This document shows positions 48,908-59,006 of a DNA stretch of 64,000 bases, piece after piece. A model generated the notes under the pieces. The model worked only from the letters and a program-made list of their open reading frames with translations. It ran no database searches and was not told where the DNA came from. The stretch covers positions 3,350 to 67,349 of the forward strand of contig JACQYA010000118.1 in the NCBI GenBank assembly GCA_016208425.1. The letters run 5' to 3'. The position numbers and the translations under genes are program-made. The stretch comes from Betaproteobacteria bacterium (GTDB lineage: Bacteria > Pseudomonadota > Gammaproteobacteria > Burkholderiales > Rhodocyclaceae). Each line of letters starts with the position of its first letter. Position 1 is the stretch's first letter.

Positions 48908-50335
48908 TTAGGCGTGATGACCGGCGGCGGCGACCACGGGAACGTCCTTCGTATTGCCGGCGGCAATCGTCTTGAACATGTTGTAAGCCATGATCAGCAT
49001 GCCGGACAGGAAGAGAACGCCACCCAGGAAACGGATCGCCCAGAACGGATAGGTGGCCTTCACAGCTTCCACGAAACTGTAGGTCAGCGTACCGTCGCTA
49101 TTGACCGCGCGCCACATCAGTCCCTGCATCACGCCCGAAATCCACATCGAAGCGATGTACAGCACCACGCCGATGGTCGCCACCCAGAAGTGGACTGTAA
49201 TCAGTTTGACGCTATGCATTTCCTGGCGGTTGAACAGGCGCGGCAGCAGATAGTACAGAGCGCCGATCGAAACCATCGCCACCCAGCCCAAGGCGCCGGA
49301 GTGAACGTGGCCGACCGTCCAGTCGGTGTAGTGCGACAGCGCGTTGACCGTCTTGATCGACATCATCGGGCCTTCGAAGGTCGACATGCCGTAGAACGAC
49401 AGCGAGGTCACCAGGAATTTCAGGATCGGGTCGTCGCGCAGTTTGCTCCAGGCACCCGACAGCGTCATGATGCCGTTAATCATGCCACCCCAGGACGGCG
49501 CGAGCAGGATCAGCGAAAAGAGCATGCCGACGGATTGTGTCCAGTCGGGCAACGCGGTGTAGTGCAGATGGTGCGGACCCGCCCACATATAGGTGAAGAT
49601 CAGCGCCCAGAAGTGCACCACCGACAGGCGGTAGGAGTAAACCGGACGGCCGGCCTGCTTCGGCACGAAGTAGTACATGATGCCGAGGAAGCCTGCGGTC
49701 AGGAAGAAACCCACCGCGTTGTGGCCGTACCACCACTGAACCATCGCGTCCTGAACCCCGGCGTAGGCCGAATACGACTTGGTCAGCGACACCGGGATCT
49801 CGGCACTGTTGACCAGGTGCAGCAGAGCCACCGTGATAATCATCGACCCGAAAAACCAGTTGGCCACGTAAATGTGGGAGACAGTTCGCTTGGCGATCGT
49901 CCCAAAGAACACGATAGCGTAGGAGACCCATACGACCGTAATCAGGATGTCGATCGGCCACTCCAACTCCGCGTATTCCTTACCGGTCGTAAAGCCCAGC
50001 GGAAGCGACAGCGCCGCAAGCAGAATGATTAGCTGCCAGCCCCAGAAAGTGAAAGCCGCCAGACCTCCGGCGAACAGACGTGCATGGCTGGTACGTTGCA
50101 CCACATAGTAGGAAGTTGCAAACAGCGCGCAACCGCCGAAGGCGAAAATAACTGCATTGGTATGCAACGGACGCAGGCGACCATAGGTCAACCACGGGCC
50201 AATGTTAAGCTCGGGCCAGACGAGCTGGGCGGCGATGATAACGCCGACCAGCATACCGACAATGCCCCAGATGACGGTCATCACGGCAAATTGCCGCACC
50301 ACCTTGTAGTTATATGTAGACTGAGTTTCCGACAT
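48908..50335 (-). CDS. ccoN: cbb3 oxidase catalytic subunit CcoN
   Basis: 475 aa from ATG 50335 ([18 protein letters not shown]...). Haem-copper oxidase His ligands (..HFWALIF.., ..[13 protein letters not shown]..). Confidence 0.95.
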   Translation of the reverse strand: MSETQSTYNYKVVRQFAVMTVIWGIVGMLVGVIIAAQLVWPELNIGPWLTYGRLRPLHTNAVIFAFGGCALFATSYYVVQRTSHARLFAGGLAAFTFWGWQLIILLAALSLPLGFTTGKEYAELEWPIDILITVVWVSYAIVFFGTIAKRTVSHIYVANWFFGSMIITVALLHLVNSAEIPVSLTKSYSAYAGVQDAMVQWWYGHNAVGFFLTAGFLGIMYYFVPKQAGRPVYSYRLSVVHFWALIFTYMWAGPHHLHYTALPDWTQSVGMLFSLILLAPSWGGMINGIMTLSGAWSKLRDDPILKFLVTSLSFYGMSTFEGPMMSIKTVNALSHYTDWTVGHVHSGALGWVAMVSIGALYYLLPRLFNRQEMHSVKLITVHFWVATIGVVLYIASMWISGVMQGLMWRAVNSDGTLTYSFVEAVKATYPFWAIRFLGGVLFLSGMLIMAYNMFKTIAAGNTKDVPVVAAAGHHA

Positions 50336-50437
50336 GGACCCACCTCGTTTTTTAGAAAAAAAGCGGTTATACCCTCTACCCAAACCCCCCTGTAGACGGC
50401 AACGGACGGATAATATTTTAGCGGGGCGCAAGTCAGT

Positions 50438-50451
50438 TTGATATAGATCAA
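50438..50451. promoter_or_regulatory. Perfect FNR/Anr box upstream of ccoN
   Basis: TTGAT-ATAG-ATCAA, about 103 nt upstream of the ccoN ATG. Confidence 0.8.
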
Positions 50452-50634
50452 GAACCGGGAGAACAATATCAAAAACCCGGGACGGGGCGAAAAAAAAGGG
50501 TGCGTAAAAACGCACCCCAACCCCAACAGAGAAACCGCCTGAAAAACCACCCCAACAAACCGCGCCCGGACGGTGCCGGCACCGCCAACACCATCAGACT
50601 GGGAAGCATTATCCCAGCGAGAAAGAAATTATTT

Positions 50635-50648
50635 TTGATTCACATCAA
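50635..50648. promoter_or_regulatory. Second perfect FNR/Anr box
   Basis: TTGAT-TCAC-ATCAA, 30 nt downstream of the ccoS stop and about 300 nt upstream of ccoN. Confidence 0.7.
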
Positions 50649-50677
50649 GACACTGTTAGATTTGCCGCGATGAGCGC

Positions 50678-50833
50678 TCAATCGGGTTTGGCCTTGTCAT
50701 CGTCCATCAGAATGCGATACCCCGGCCCTTCCATGTCGTCAAACTGGCCGCTGCGCACAGACCACCAAAACACCGCGCCGATCAGAAAGACCAGCACGAC
50801 AGAAACCGGTATCAGCAGATAAAGAATTTCCAT
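50678..50833 (-). CDS. ccoS: cbb3 oxidase maturation protein CcoS/FixS (51 aa, not in the ORF track)
   Basis: MEILYLLIPVSVVLVFLIGAVFWWSVRSGQFDDMEGPGYRILMDDDKAKPD, the typical CcoS sequence. Starts 7 nt after the ccoI stop. Confidence 0.85.
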   Translation of the reverse strand: MEILYLLIPVSVVLVFLIGAVFWWSVRSGQFDDMEGPGYRILMDDDKAKPD

Positions 50834-50839
50834 TTGGCG

Positions 50840-53341
50840 TCAACGTTCCCCGGATTGTTGCTCGGTGTTTCGCGGATATTCCTGCCCGTTTTTCTGCCCG
50901 TTTTTCTGCTCATTTTTCTGCAATCGCAACGAGTTCACCACCACCAGCAAGGAGCTGCCGGACATGCCGATACCGGCCATCCACGGCGTAATGAAGCCGA
51001 ACATGGCCAAGGGCAAGGCGACGAAATTATAGGCGAAAGACCATACCAGATTTTGCCGGATTACCCCTAGCGACCGCCGCGCGACGGCAACCCCCTTTTG
51101 CAGATGGCGCAAATTCTCCGACAGGAGGATCAGATCGGCTTGCGTGCGCGCCAGCTGGGAGCCGCCGCCCATGGCGACCGACACCTGCGCCTGGGCGAGC
51201 ACCGGCGCATCGTTGACGCCGTCGCCGACCATCGCCACCACCGCCCCGCCGGCCTGCAAGCGGGTCACGTAGTCGTGCTTCCCCTGCGGCGACACGCCGG
51301 CAACCACCTCGTCTACCCCCAAGATCCGCGCCACCTTTTGCGCAACCGCCGCCGAATCGCCCGTCAGCAAAACGACGTGGCGCCCTTCCGCGCGCAGGCT
51401 GGCGACCATTCCGGCGGCTTCGGGCCGCACTTCGTCGCCGATGCGAAACAGCGCCAGCCAACCGGTCTCGTCGCCGAGCGCGATCGCCGTATCGCCGCTC
51501 CCGCAAAACGCCGCGCCCGTCTCCGGCAAGGGTTGTCCGTGCAAAGATCCGACATATCGGAGTTGCCCGAGGCGGACGCGCTTCCCGGAAAGGAGGGCGC
51601 TCACCCCGCAGCCCGGATCGCTCGCCAGCGCGTCCAGCGCCCAGATCTCCGCGCCTGCCGCGAGGCGCAGCGCCGCGCCTATCGGGTGCTCGGACGCCTG
51701 TTCCAGCGCTGCGGCAAGAGACAGGCAGCGTTCCCGGTCGAGCGCGCCGAGCGGCATCGCGTCGAGCAGTTTCATCCGCCCCGAAGTCAAGGTGCCGGTC
51801 TTGTCGAAGACGAAATGGGTCGCCCGCGCCAGCGTTTCGATAGCGTGGCTGCGCGTCACCAGCAGACCCGCCCGCGCCATCGCCCCGCCGGCCACGGTCA
51901 GCGCCACCGGCGTCGCCAGCGACAACGCGCAGGGGCAGGTCACGACGAGCACGGAAACGGTGATCCACAGCGCTTTGGACGGATCGATAAACCACCACGC
52001 CACCGCCACGGCGACGGCAATTACCAGCAAGGCCAAAATAAAGTGGCCGGCAATACGGTCGGCCAGCTCCACGATACGCGGCTTCTCCATCGCCGCGCGC
52101 TCCATCAGGCGCACGATGGCCGACAGCCGGGTCGCCTCGCCCACTTGCTCGACCCTGATATACAGCGGGCTTTCGATATTCACGGCACCGCCGGTCACCG
52201 CCGAACCCGGCCGCTTGGATACCGGGGCGCTTTCGCCGGTCAGCAGCGCCTCGTTCGCGCAACTGACGCCTTCAAGCACCCGGCCATCGGCCGGAATCGT
52301 CGCGCCGGGCTTGACCACAACGACATCGCCCGGCCGCAGGTCGGCCGCGATCACCCGCTCGCAAAAGCGGTCCAGCGGATAGGCGCTTACCCGATCCGCG
52401 AAAGCCGGCATCAGTTTGGCCAGCGCCTCGGTCACGCCGACGGCGTGCTGGCGCGCCGTCATTTCCAGGAAACGGCCACCGAGCAGGAAAAAGACAAACA
52501 TCGTCACCGAGTCGAAATACACTTCGCCCGAGGCCGTCACCGTCGCCCAGACACTGGCCGCAAACGCGGCGCCCACACCGAGCGCGACCGGCGTATCCAT
52601 GCCGGCACGACGCAGCTTCAGATCGCGCCAGGCACCGCGAAAGAAAGGGGCCGCCGAGTAGAAGACGACCGGCAGCGTCAGCGCCAGGCTGGCCCAGCGC
52701 ATCAACTGTTCGACATCGGGCGCCATGTCGCCTTCGCCGGCCAGGTACACCGGGATGGCGTACATCATGACCTGCATCATGCCGAAACCGGCGACGAACA
52801 CCCGCCACAGCGCACCGCGCCTCTCCTTGCGCGCCAGCTCCTCGCTCTTGGCGGCATCGTAGGGATAGGCGCGATAGCCGATGGCGGCAATCGCCGCCAG
52901 AATGTCCGAAAGCTTGATCCGCCGTTCGTCCCAGCGCACGCGCGCGCGGCGCGTGGCGTAGTTGAGGTCGGCGCCGATCACGCCCGGAAGCCGGGAAAGG
53001 TGCTGCTCGTTCAGCCAGATGCAGGCGGCGCAGGTAATCCCTTCCAGAATCAGCGAGGCTTCGCGTTCGTTCTCGCCGAGATCGCGCACGAAGCTCTTCT
53101 GGAAATCCGCGTGGTCGTACAGCTTCAGCCCGTCGAGAACCGCCGGCAGAGCCTCGCGCGGCTGATCGGGCAGCGCGTCGCGATTCCGGTAATAGTCGGC
53201 CAGGCCGTTATCGGCGATGGCTTGCGCAACCGCCTGACACCCGGCGCAACACATGGCGCGCGGCCTATCGCCGATATTTACCGACAGATCGACATCGGCC
53301 GGAACGTGCTGGCCACAGTGATAACAATTACCCGTGTTCAT
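50840..53341 (-). CDS. ccoI: Copper-translocating P-type ATPase CcoI/FixI
   Basis: 833 aa. CPC transmembrane motif, DKTGTLT phosphorylation site, GDGVNDAP hinge, N-terminal CxxC metal-binding region. Confidence 0.93.
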   Translation of the reverse strand: MNTGNCYHCGQHVPADVDLSVNIGDRPRAMCCAGCQAVAQAIADNGLADYYRNRDALPDQPREALPAVLDGLKLYDHADFQKSFVRDLGENEREASLILEGITCAACIWLNEQHLSRLPGVIGADLNYATRRARVRWDERRIKLSDILAAIAAIGYRAYPYDAAKSEELARKERRGALWRVFVAGFGMMQVMMYAIPVYLAGEGDMAPDVEQLMRWASLALTLPVVFYSAAPFFRGAWRDLKLRRAGMDTPVALGVGAAFAASVWATVTASGEVYFDSVTMFVFFLLGGRFLEMTARQHAVGVTEALAKLMPAFADRVSAYPLDRFCERVIAADLRPGDVVVVKPGATIPADGRVLEGVSCANEALLTGESAPVSKRPGSAVTGGAVNIESPLYIRVEQVGEATRLSAIVRLMERAAMEKPRIVELADRIAGHFILALLVIAVAVAVAWWFIDPSKALWITVSVLVVTCPCALSLATPVALTVAGGAMARAGLLVTRSHAIETLARATHFVFDKTGTLTSGRMKLLDAMPLGALDRERCLSLAAALEQASEHPIGAALRLAAGAEIWALDALASDPGCGVSALLSGKRVRLGQLRYVGSLHGQPLPETGAAFCGSGDTAIALGDETGWLALFRIGDEVRPEAAGMVASLRAEGRHVVLLTGDSAAVAQKVARILGVDEVVAGVSPQGKHDYVTRLQAGGAVVAMVGDGVNDAPVLAQAQVSVAMGGGSQLARTQADLILLSENLRHLQKGVAVARRSLGVIRQNLVWSFAYNFVALPLAMFGFITPWMAGIGMSGSSLLVVVNSLRLQKNEQKNGQKNGQEYPRNTEQQSGER
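50882..50917 (-). repeat. 3 x 12-nt tandem repeat at the ccoI 3' end
   Basis: CTGCCCGTTTTT CTGCCCGTTTTT CTGCTCATTTTT, encoding the ..KNEQKNGQKNGQ.. tail. Confidence 0.8.
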
Positions 53342-53418
53342 CGCCGCCCAGTTTGCAAAACCAAAATGAAAAAAGGCGCCGGCTACTGCCCGCGCCCTTA
53401 GAAACCGGCAAGTATAGG

Positions 53419-54186
53419 TTATTTCGGCGCCATGCGGATGGCTCCGTCCAGGCGGATCGTCTCGCCGTTGAGCATCGCGTTCTCGAAGATGTGGCGCACC
53501 AGCGCGGCGTATTCGGCCGGCTTGCCCAGGCGCGACGGAAAAGGAACCATCTTGCCCAGCGCTTCCTGCACCTCGGGCGACATGCCGAGCAGTATCGGCG
53601 TTTCAAAAATGCCAGGGGCGATGGTCATGACGCGGATCCCGTAGCGTGCCAGTTCCCGCGCCAAAGGCAGGGTCATCGCCACGATACCGCCCTTGGACGC
53701 CGCGTAGGCGGCCTGTCCGATCTGGCCGTCGTAGGCGGCAACCGACGCGGTGCAGACGATCGCGCCGCGCTCGCCGGCCTCGTTTGGCTCGGACTGGCTC
53801 ATGGCCTCGGCCGCCAGGCGGATCATGTTGAAGGAGCCGATCAGATTGACGTTGATCGCGCGGGCAAAAGTTGCCAGCCTGTGTATGCCGTCCCGCCCGA
53901 CGACCTTTTCGGCCGGCGCGATACCGGCGCAATTGACCAGCCCGCGCAAACCGCCAAACACCTGGCGCGCCAACCCGATGGCGCGGCGGCCGCTGTCCTC
54001 GTCCGCCACATCGGTTTCCGCAAAACGTGCACCAGCGCCCAGTTCGGCGGCCAGCGCCTCGCCGGCCGCCCTGTTCACGTCGGCCAGCACGACTTTCCCC
54101 CCGGCGCCGACAATCATTCGCGCCGTGGCGGCGCCCAAACCCGAACTGCCGCCGGTGACGACAAACGCTGAATTTTCGATCCGCAT
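53419..54186 (-). CDS. Short-chain dehydrogenase, 3-hydroxyacyl-CoA dehydrogenase type II-like
   Basis: 255 aa. TGGSSGLG cofactor motif, YAASKGG catalytic motif. Confidence 0.88.
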   Translation of the reverse strand: MRIENSAFVVTGGSSGLGAATARMIVGAGGKVVLADVNRAAGEALAAELGAGARFAETDVADEDSGRRAIGLARQVFGGLRGLVNCAGIAPAEKVVGRDGIHRLATFARAINVNLIGSFNMIRLAAEAMSQSEPNEAGERGAIVCTASVAAYDGQIGQAAYAASKGGIVAMTLPLARELARYGIRVMTIAPGIFETPILLGMSPEVQEALGKMVPFPSRLGKPAEYAALVRHIFENAMLNGETIRLDGAIRMAPK

Positions 54187-54292
54187 CCTGGCTCCCTACT
54201 GACCGCGAGTGGCGGATCTTACCGCGACAGACGCAATTTCCGAACGGGAGCGTATGGAAAATCGATGCCGGGAGAAGCGGCGGCGGCCCGCC

Positions 54293-54850
54293 TCAGCGCT
54301 TGCCCACCGTTTGCAGCAGGGCGCGGATATTGCTGTCGTGCGGAACCGCGTAATCGTAGGCGGCCAGCACCTGGTTGCCGTTGGGGTGGAGCACCTTGAC
54401 GTTGACGAACACCATTTCGGTGCTCACCGCATACAGGCCGACAACCACCGCCTGGGCGTTGTGTTCCGCCGCAATGTCCTTGATTTCGCGGGTCAACAAC
54501 AGTTCGCCCTCGTTGCGTTTCATGTAGACGTTTTTGCGCGCCTTCATCTCGACCATTTTCAACCCGGACTGCGAAAATCTGGCCGAGATGTGTTCGGAAA
54601 CGAGGCGGCCGAAGGCGGAAGAGCTTTCCAGTTGGTTGATGTTGACCACCGTTGCGATAATCACCGGCTGTTCGGCGGCGAGCGACAATCTGGCCTGCGC
54701 GATCAGGGCGTTGGCCGCCTTGTAGTTGGCTGCGATCAGCTCGCTGTTCGCCGCCTCCTCGTAACTGATTTGCCGTACCTGACGGTCGCCGCCGGAGCAT
54801 GCGGCGAGAAACGCCGCCAACACGATCCCCAAGAAAAGCGACGGTTTCAT
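54293..54850 (-). CDS. Lipoprotein (FlgO-like fold suspected)
   Basis: 185 aa. Lipobox LAAC after the signal peptide. The family call is tentative. Confidence 0.6.
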   Translation of the reverse strand: MKPSLFLGIVLAAFLAACSGGDRQVRQISYEEAANSELIAANYKAANALIAQARLSLAAEQPVIIATVVNINQLESSSAFGRLVSEHISARFSQSGLKMVEMKARKNVYMKRNEGELLLTREIKDIAAEHNAQAVVVGLYAVSTEMVFVNVKVLHPNGNQVLAAYDYAVPHDSNIRALLQTVGKR

Positions 54851-55686
54851 TTCTCACCCCCCGAGCGGCAACTCTCCAGCGCGCAGTCGCCGACGACCTT
54901 CATCACGCTGACTTGCGGGTCGCCCCGTTTGCCCTGTACACACGGGCGAACGATAGAGCAGATTTCCTGGCCGTAAAGCTGCGCGTCGCTATCGGCAACG
55001 TAGTAGACGTTGGTGCTGCGCGCCATGTAAATACGCGCGTCGGAAAGCGACAGGGTGACGACGATTTCGGTTTGTGGTGTCTGGCCGGAGGCAAACTGGG
55101 TGCGGAGCCACACGTTCGATCCCGCCAGCGGCGGCGACGGCGACAACGAAGCGTCCGCCGGGTTCATGTCGGCCACGTCGCGCAAGGCCCAGACACCGTC
55201 CCCCAGTTCCGTGGCAACGCCGGCATACCGGTACTGCGGGCGGTTGCCGGTGAATTTGACCGGCTGCACATCGATGTCCATTTCAACGGCGCCCGGCTGG
55301 TTCCGCCTGGCGACGGCGACGCCGTTTTCCACCAGTGCCGTCTTGAGCTGGTTGTAAAAGGCGCGGCTAAACTCGGTCAGATACTCGGGCGTACGCACGA
55401 AAACGGGACGGCACTCGGTGCTCCTCGGAATGCAGGCCCCGCCCTTCTGCATGCTTTCGTAGATGGCTTTTGCGCTGTCGCGCGCGATCAGGTTCCAGTG
55501 TTCTCCCGATTGCAGTTTGCGTTGCGTGCTGGTCTGGAAGTTGGTCGCCACGGGCACCTCGTTGTTGGGGGCGACCATCTGGGGAGCATCGGTATAAATC
55601 ACGGCGCGCGCGCAAGCGGAAAGCAGCAAAACCGCCGTCACCGAAAGGGCGATGCGGGAAAAACCCATCGCGCGAAGATCCTTCAT
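54847..55686 (-). CDS. Lipoprotein, unknown function
   Basis: 279 aa. Lipobox LSAC. Overlaps the downstream lipoprotein gene by 4 nt. Confidence 0.6.
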   Translation of the reverse strand: MKDLRAMGFSRIALSVTAVLLLSACARAVIYTDAPQMVAPNNEVPVATNFQTSTQRKLQSGEHWNLIARDSAKAIYESMQKGGACIPRSTECRPVFVRTPEYLTEFSRAFYNQLKTALVENGVAVARRNQPGAVEMDIDVQPVKFTGNRPQYRYAGVATELGDGVWALRDVADMNPADASLSPSPPLAGSNVWLRTQFASGQTPQTEIVVTLSLSDARIYMARSTNVYYVADSDAQLYGQEICSIVRPCVQGKRGDPQVSVMKVVGDCALESCRSGGEK

Positions 55687-55834
55687 GGCGTCCCTCCAAG
55701 TATTTAATCCACGACGGATTCTAACCCAAGTGAAGTTTTCGCAAACCGCTTCATTGGCCCCCTTAATGCGGCTCCACCGGCGAGTCTCTTCGCTCCCGTT
55801 CCAGAGGAGCGATCCGGCGGGCTGTTGCCACCAG

Positions 55835-55850
55835 ATTACAGAACTGTAAT
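55835..55850. promoter_or_regulatory. 16-bp palindrome upstream of cusF (candidate CopR/CusR-type operator)
   Basis: ATTACAG-AA-CTGTAAT, 66 nt upstream of the cusF ATG. Confidence 0.5.
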
Positions 55851-55916
55851 TTTCCCGTCAGCACCGTGTGGGTCACCGTTTGGCAAAATTGCGGCATTCT
55901 TTCTAAGGAGTCCGCC

Positions 55917-56234
55917 ATGCGCCTTATCCTCTCGCTTCTCGTCGCCCTCAGCTTTCCGGTTTACGCCCAACACGACCACAGCGCCCACATGGCGGCAGCG
56001 GCAAAGCCGGCGGCGCTGACCGACGGTTTGGTCAAAAAGATCGACAAGGCCGACGGCGAAATCGTCATCCAGCACGGCCCGCTCGACAGCATTGGCCTGC
56101 CGCCGATGACCATGGCTTTCGGTGTGGCCGACAAGGGCTGGCTGAACAAGCTGAAGGCCGGCGACAAGATCCGTTTCGCCGCCGAAATGAAGGGCGGCAA
56201 CGCCATCGTCAGCCGCTACGAAATGGCAAAATGA
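55917..56234 (+). CDS. cusF: Periplasmic Cu(I)/Ag(I) chaperone CusF-like
   Basis: 105 aa from ATG 55917 (AAGGAG SD). Signal peptide; GLVKKIDKADGEIVIQHGPLDSIGLPPMTMAF is the CusF fold motif. Confidence 0.85.
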   Translation: MRLILSLLVALSFPVYAQHDHSAHMAAAAKPAALTDGLVKKIDKADGEIVIQHGPLDSIGLPPMTMAFGVADKGWLNKLKAGDKIRFAAEMKGGNAIVSRYEMAK

Positions 56235-57484
56235 AACCGCCGTTAGCGGCGCTGGCGCTAGCGCTCCTGCCGTTCTTTGCGCCGCTGCACGCCGAGCCGC
56301 TGCCCGGCGCCAGCGTCGAATCGCTGTTGGCGGCGGCCCGCGAGCACAGCCCGGATGTGCGCATGGTACGCGCCGAGGCTGCCGCCGCCAGCGAGCGCAT
56401 CGGCCCGGCGGGCGCGCTGCCCGACCCGGTAGTGCGCATCGAACTGGAAAACCTGACGCGCAGCGGCAGCCAGAATGCCACGCTGCTGCCTTCGCGCGTC
56501 GGCGACACCAAATACACATTGATGCAGCCGCTGCCCTTCTGGGGCAAGCGCGACCTGAAACGCGAAGTCGCCGCCGCCGAGGCCGAGCAGGCAAGCGGCC
56601 GGGCAAACGACGCCTGGGCCGAGATTGCCGCCAAGGTCAAAAACCTTTATGCGCAATACTGGCTGACGCACCGCAGCCTGGAGCTGATGCGCGAGAACAT
56701 CGAACTCGCCGGCAGCCTGGAGCAGATCGCCCAAGTGCGCTACGCCGGGGGCCTGGCGGCACAGCAGGACGCCATCCGCGCGCAGGTTGAGCGCAGCACG
56801 ATGGAAACCGAACGGGTCGCCATCGAAGCCGAGTACCGGCAACTAAGCACTTTCATCAACACCATGCTGGCCCGCAAGGGAAACGCTGCGCTGGCCGCGC
56901 CGGAGTCGCTGCGTCCACTGCCGGCGCGGCTCGACCCCGAACGACTGAGCGAACGTTTGCAAGCGCGCAATCCGCAACTCGCGGTCGAAGCCGCCCGCCT
57001 CGGCGGCGCCGAAAAAAGCCGCGATCTGGCGTATCGCAACCGCTACCCGGACTTCACCGTCGGTGTCGTTCCGATGCAGATGCAGAACCGCGTCGAGTCG
57101 TGGAGCCTGATGCTGGAATTGAATCTGCCGCTGCAGCAGGACAGCCGGCGCAGCCAGGAACGCGAAGCCGAGCGCATGCTCGAAGCGGCCACCGCGCGCC
57201 AGGAGGCGCTCACCCACCGGCTGCACGGCGAGTTGAGCGGCGCACTGGCCAACCTGGAAGCGGCGCAGACGACCGAACAGATTGCCCGCAACCGCCTGTT
57301 GCCGCAGGCCGAACTGACCTTCAAGGCGGCGCTCGCCGGCTACGAAACGGGCAAGGTGGATTTCGCCACGCTGCTCGACGCCCAGCGCCAGATCCGTAAC
57401 GCCCGCCTCGCGCTGTTGCGCGCCCAGGCCAGCCAGCAGACACGCCTGGCCGACATCGAACGCTTGCTCGGAGAAGATCTGTGA
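56231..57484 (+). CDS. cusC: Outer membrane efflux protein (CusC/TolC family)
   Basis: 417 aa. OEP repeats; coupled to cusF and cusB by 4-nt overlaps. Confidence 0.88.
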   Translation: MKPPLAALALALLPFFAPLHAEPLPGASVESLLAAAREHSPDVRMVRAEAAAASERIGPAGALPDPVVRIELENLTRSGSQNATLLPSRVGDTKYTLMQPLPFWGKRDLKREVAAAEAEQASGRANDAWAEIAAKVKNLYAQYWLTHRSLELMRENIELAGSLEQIAQVRYAGGLAAQQDAIRAQVERSTMETERVAIEAEYRQLSTFINTMLARKGNAALAAPESLRPLPARLDPERLSERLQARNPQLAVEAARLGGAEKSRDLAYRNRYPDFTVGVVPMQMQNRVESWSLMLELNLPLQQDSRRSQEREAERMLEAATARQEALTHRLHGELSGALANLEAAQTTEQIARNRLLPQAELTFKAALAGYETGKVDFATLLDAQRQIRNARLALLRAQASQQTRLADIERLLGEDL

Positions 57485-58974
57485 AAACCGGCCCCACGCT
57501 GATTGTCGTTGCTCTGGCCCTCGTTGCCGGAGGTTTCGGCGGTTATTTTGTCGCACCACCTGCCAGCCCCAAGGGCGACGCCGCCGTTCAAACCGCCGAC
57601 GGTAGCGCGAAGCCGGCGAAGAAGCTGCTCTACTACCGCAACCCGATGGGTCTGCCCGATACCTCGCCGGCGCCGAAAAAAGACCCGATGGGGATGGACT
57701 ACATTCCGGTTTACCAAGGCGAAGAGGCATCCGAAAGCGGGCTGAAGATAGGCGCCGAAAAAATCCAGAAGATGGGCGTCAAAACCGAGCCGGCCAAGCT
57801 GCAAATGCTCGACCGGAGCGTGCGCGCCAGCGGCCGCGTCGAGATCGACGAGAGCCGCACGACGACGGTCGCCGCCAAGTTCGAGGGCTATATCGAGCGT
57901 TTGTTCGTCAACACTACCGGCCAACCGGTCGGTCGTGGTCAGCCGTTGTTCGAGGTGTACAGCCCTGAACTGGTTTCGGCGCAGCGCGAGTACGCGATTG
58001 CCGCGCAGGGCGTCGGCAAACTGAGCGAAGCGGGCGGCGAAGCGCAGCGCGGGATGCAGCAACTGGCCGACTCCAGCCTGCAACGGTTGAAGAACTGGGA
58101 TATTTCCGAAGAACAGGTCAAGGCGCTGGCCAAATCCGGCGAAATGAAACGCACGCTGACCTTCCGTTCGCCGGCCTCCGGCGTCGTCACCGAAAAGAAG
58201 GCCGTACAGGGCATGCGCTTCATGCCGGGCGAGACGCTGTTCCAGATCGCCGACACGTCTACCGTCTGGGTACAGGCCGATGTGTTCGAGCAGGACATTG
58301 CAGCCGTGAAGGTCGGCCAGAAGGCGAGGATTACCATCAACGCCTACCCCGGCGAGGTTTTCGAGGGTCGCATCGCCTACGTTTACCCAACGTTGAAATC
58401 GGAGACACGCACGGTGCAGGTGCGCATCGAGCTGAACAACGCCAGGGGCAGGTTCAAGCCGGCAATGTTTGCCGAGGTCGATATTCCGGTGGCTGGCGCA
58501 GCGCCGGTGCTGACCGTGCCCAACTCGGCGGTGATCGACAGCGGCAGCCGGCAGGTGCTCATCGTGCAACTCGGAGAAGGGCGCTTCGAGCCGCGCGAGG
58601 TCAAGCTCGGGCTGCGTGGCGGCGATTTCGTGCAGGTGTTGGGCGGCGTCAAGGAAGGCGAAGCGGTCGTCGTTGCCGCCAACTTCCTTATCGACGCCGA
58701 AAGCAATCTGAAGGCGGCGCTCGGCGGCTTGCAGAAGGCCGCAGCTATCGGCCACAAGGCGGAAGGCATACTGAACGCCATCGATGCCGCGAATGGCGGC
58801 GTCACCGTCAGCCACGGCCCGGTTGCCAGTCTGAACTGGCCGTCGATGAAGATGGACTTCGTGCTGGCCAACCCGGCGCTGGTTGAAGGCGTCAAGCCGG
58901 GAACGGCGGTCGCCATCGAGTTCGTCGAACGCAAGCCGGGCGAATGGGTGATTACTGCGTTGAGGGTGAAATGA
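57481..58974 (+). CDS. cusB: RND periplasmic adaptor CusB with fused C-terminal CusF-like domain
   Basis: 497 aa. HlyD/MFP core. C-terminal GILNAIDAANGGVTVSHGPVASLNWPSMKMDF repeats the CusF motif. Confidence 0.88.
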   Translation: MKTGPTLIVVALALVAGGFGGYFVAPPASPKGDAAVQTADGSAKPAKKLLYYRNPMGLPDTSPAPKKDPMGMDYIPVYQGEEASESGLKIGAEKIQKMGVKTEPAKLQMLDRSVRASGRVEIDESRTTTVAAKFEGYIERLFVNTTGQPVGRGQPLFEVYSPELVSAQREYAIAAQGVGKLSEAGGEAQRGMQQLADSSLQRLKNWDISEEQVKALAKSGEMKRTLTFRSPASGVVTEKKAVQGMRFMPGETLFQIADTSTVWVQADVFEQDIAAVKVGQKARITINAYPGEVFEGRIAYVYPTLKSETRTVQVRIELNNARGRFKPAMFAEVDIPVAGAAPVLTVPNSAVIDSGSRQVLIVQLGEGRFEPREVKLGLRGGDFVQVLGGVKEGEAVVVAANFLIDAESNLKAALGGLQKAAAIGHKAEGILNAIDAANGGVTVSHGPVASLNWPSMKMDFVLANPALVEGVKPGTAVAIEFVERKPGEWVITALRVK

Positions 58975-59006
58975 AGCAGCAGACCTGTACAGCCGGCTGG
59001 TTTGCT

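Noticed and set aside
50882-50917. Tandem 12-nt repeats considered as a possible CRISPR or VNTR.
   Set aside because: There are only three contiguous units with no spacers, inside the ccoI coding sequence. It is a simple coding microsatellite. No CRISPR array is present anywhere in the window.
53371-53398. Possible terminator hairpin after the SDR gene (GGCGC...GCGCC followed by a T-rich run on the minus strand).
   Set aside because: The stem is only about 5 bp with mismatches, which is not convincing.
55881-55892. TGGCAAAATTGC upstream of cusF resembling a sigma54 promoter.
   Set aside because: Only 2 nt separate the TGGCAA and TTGC elements, where sigma54 needs 5. The GG/GC spacing is therefore wrong.
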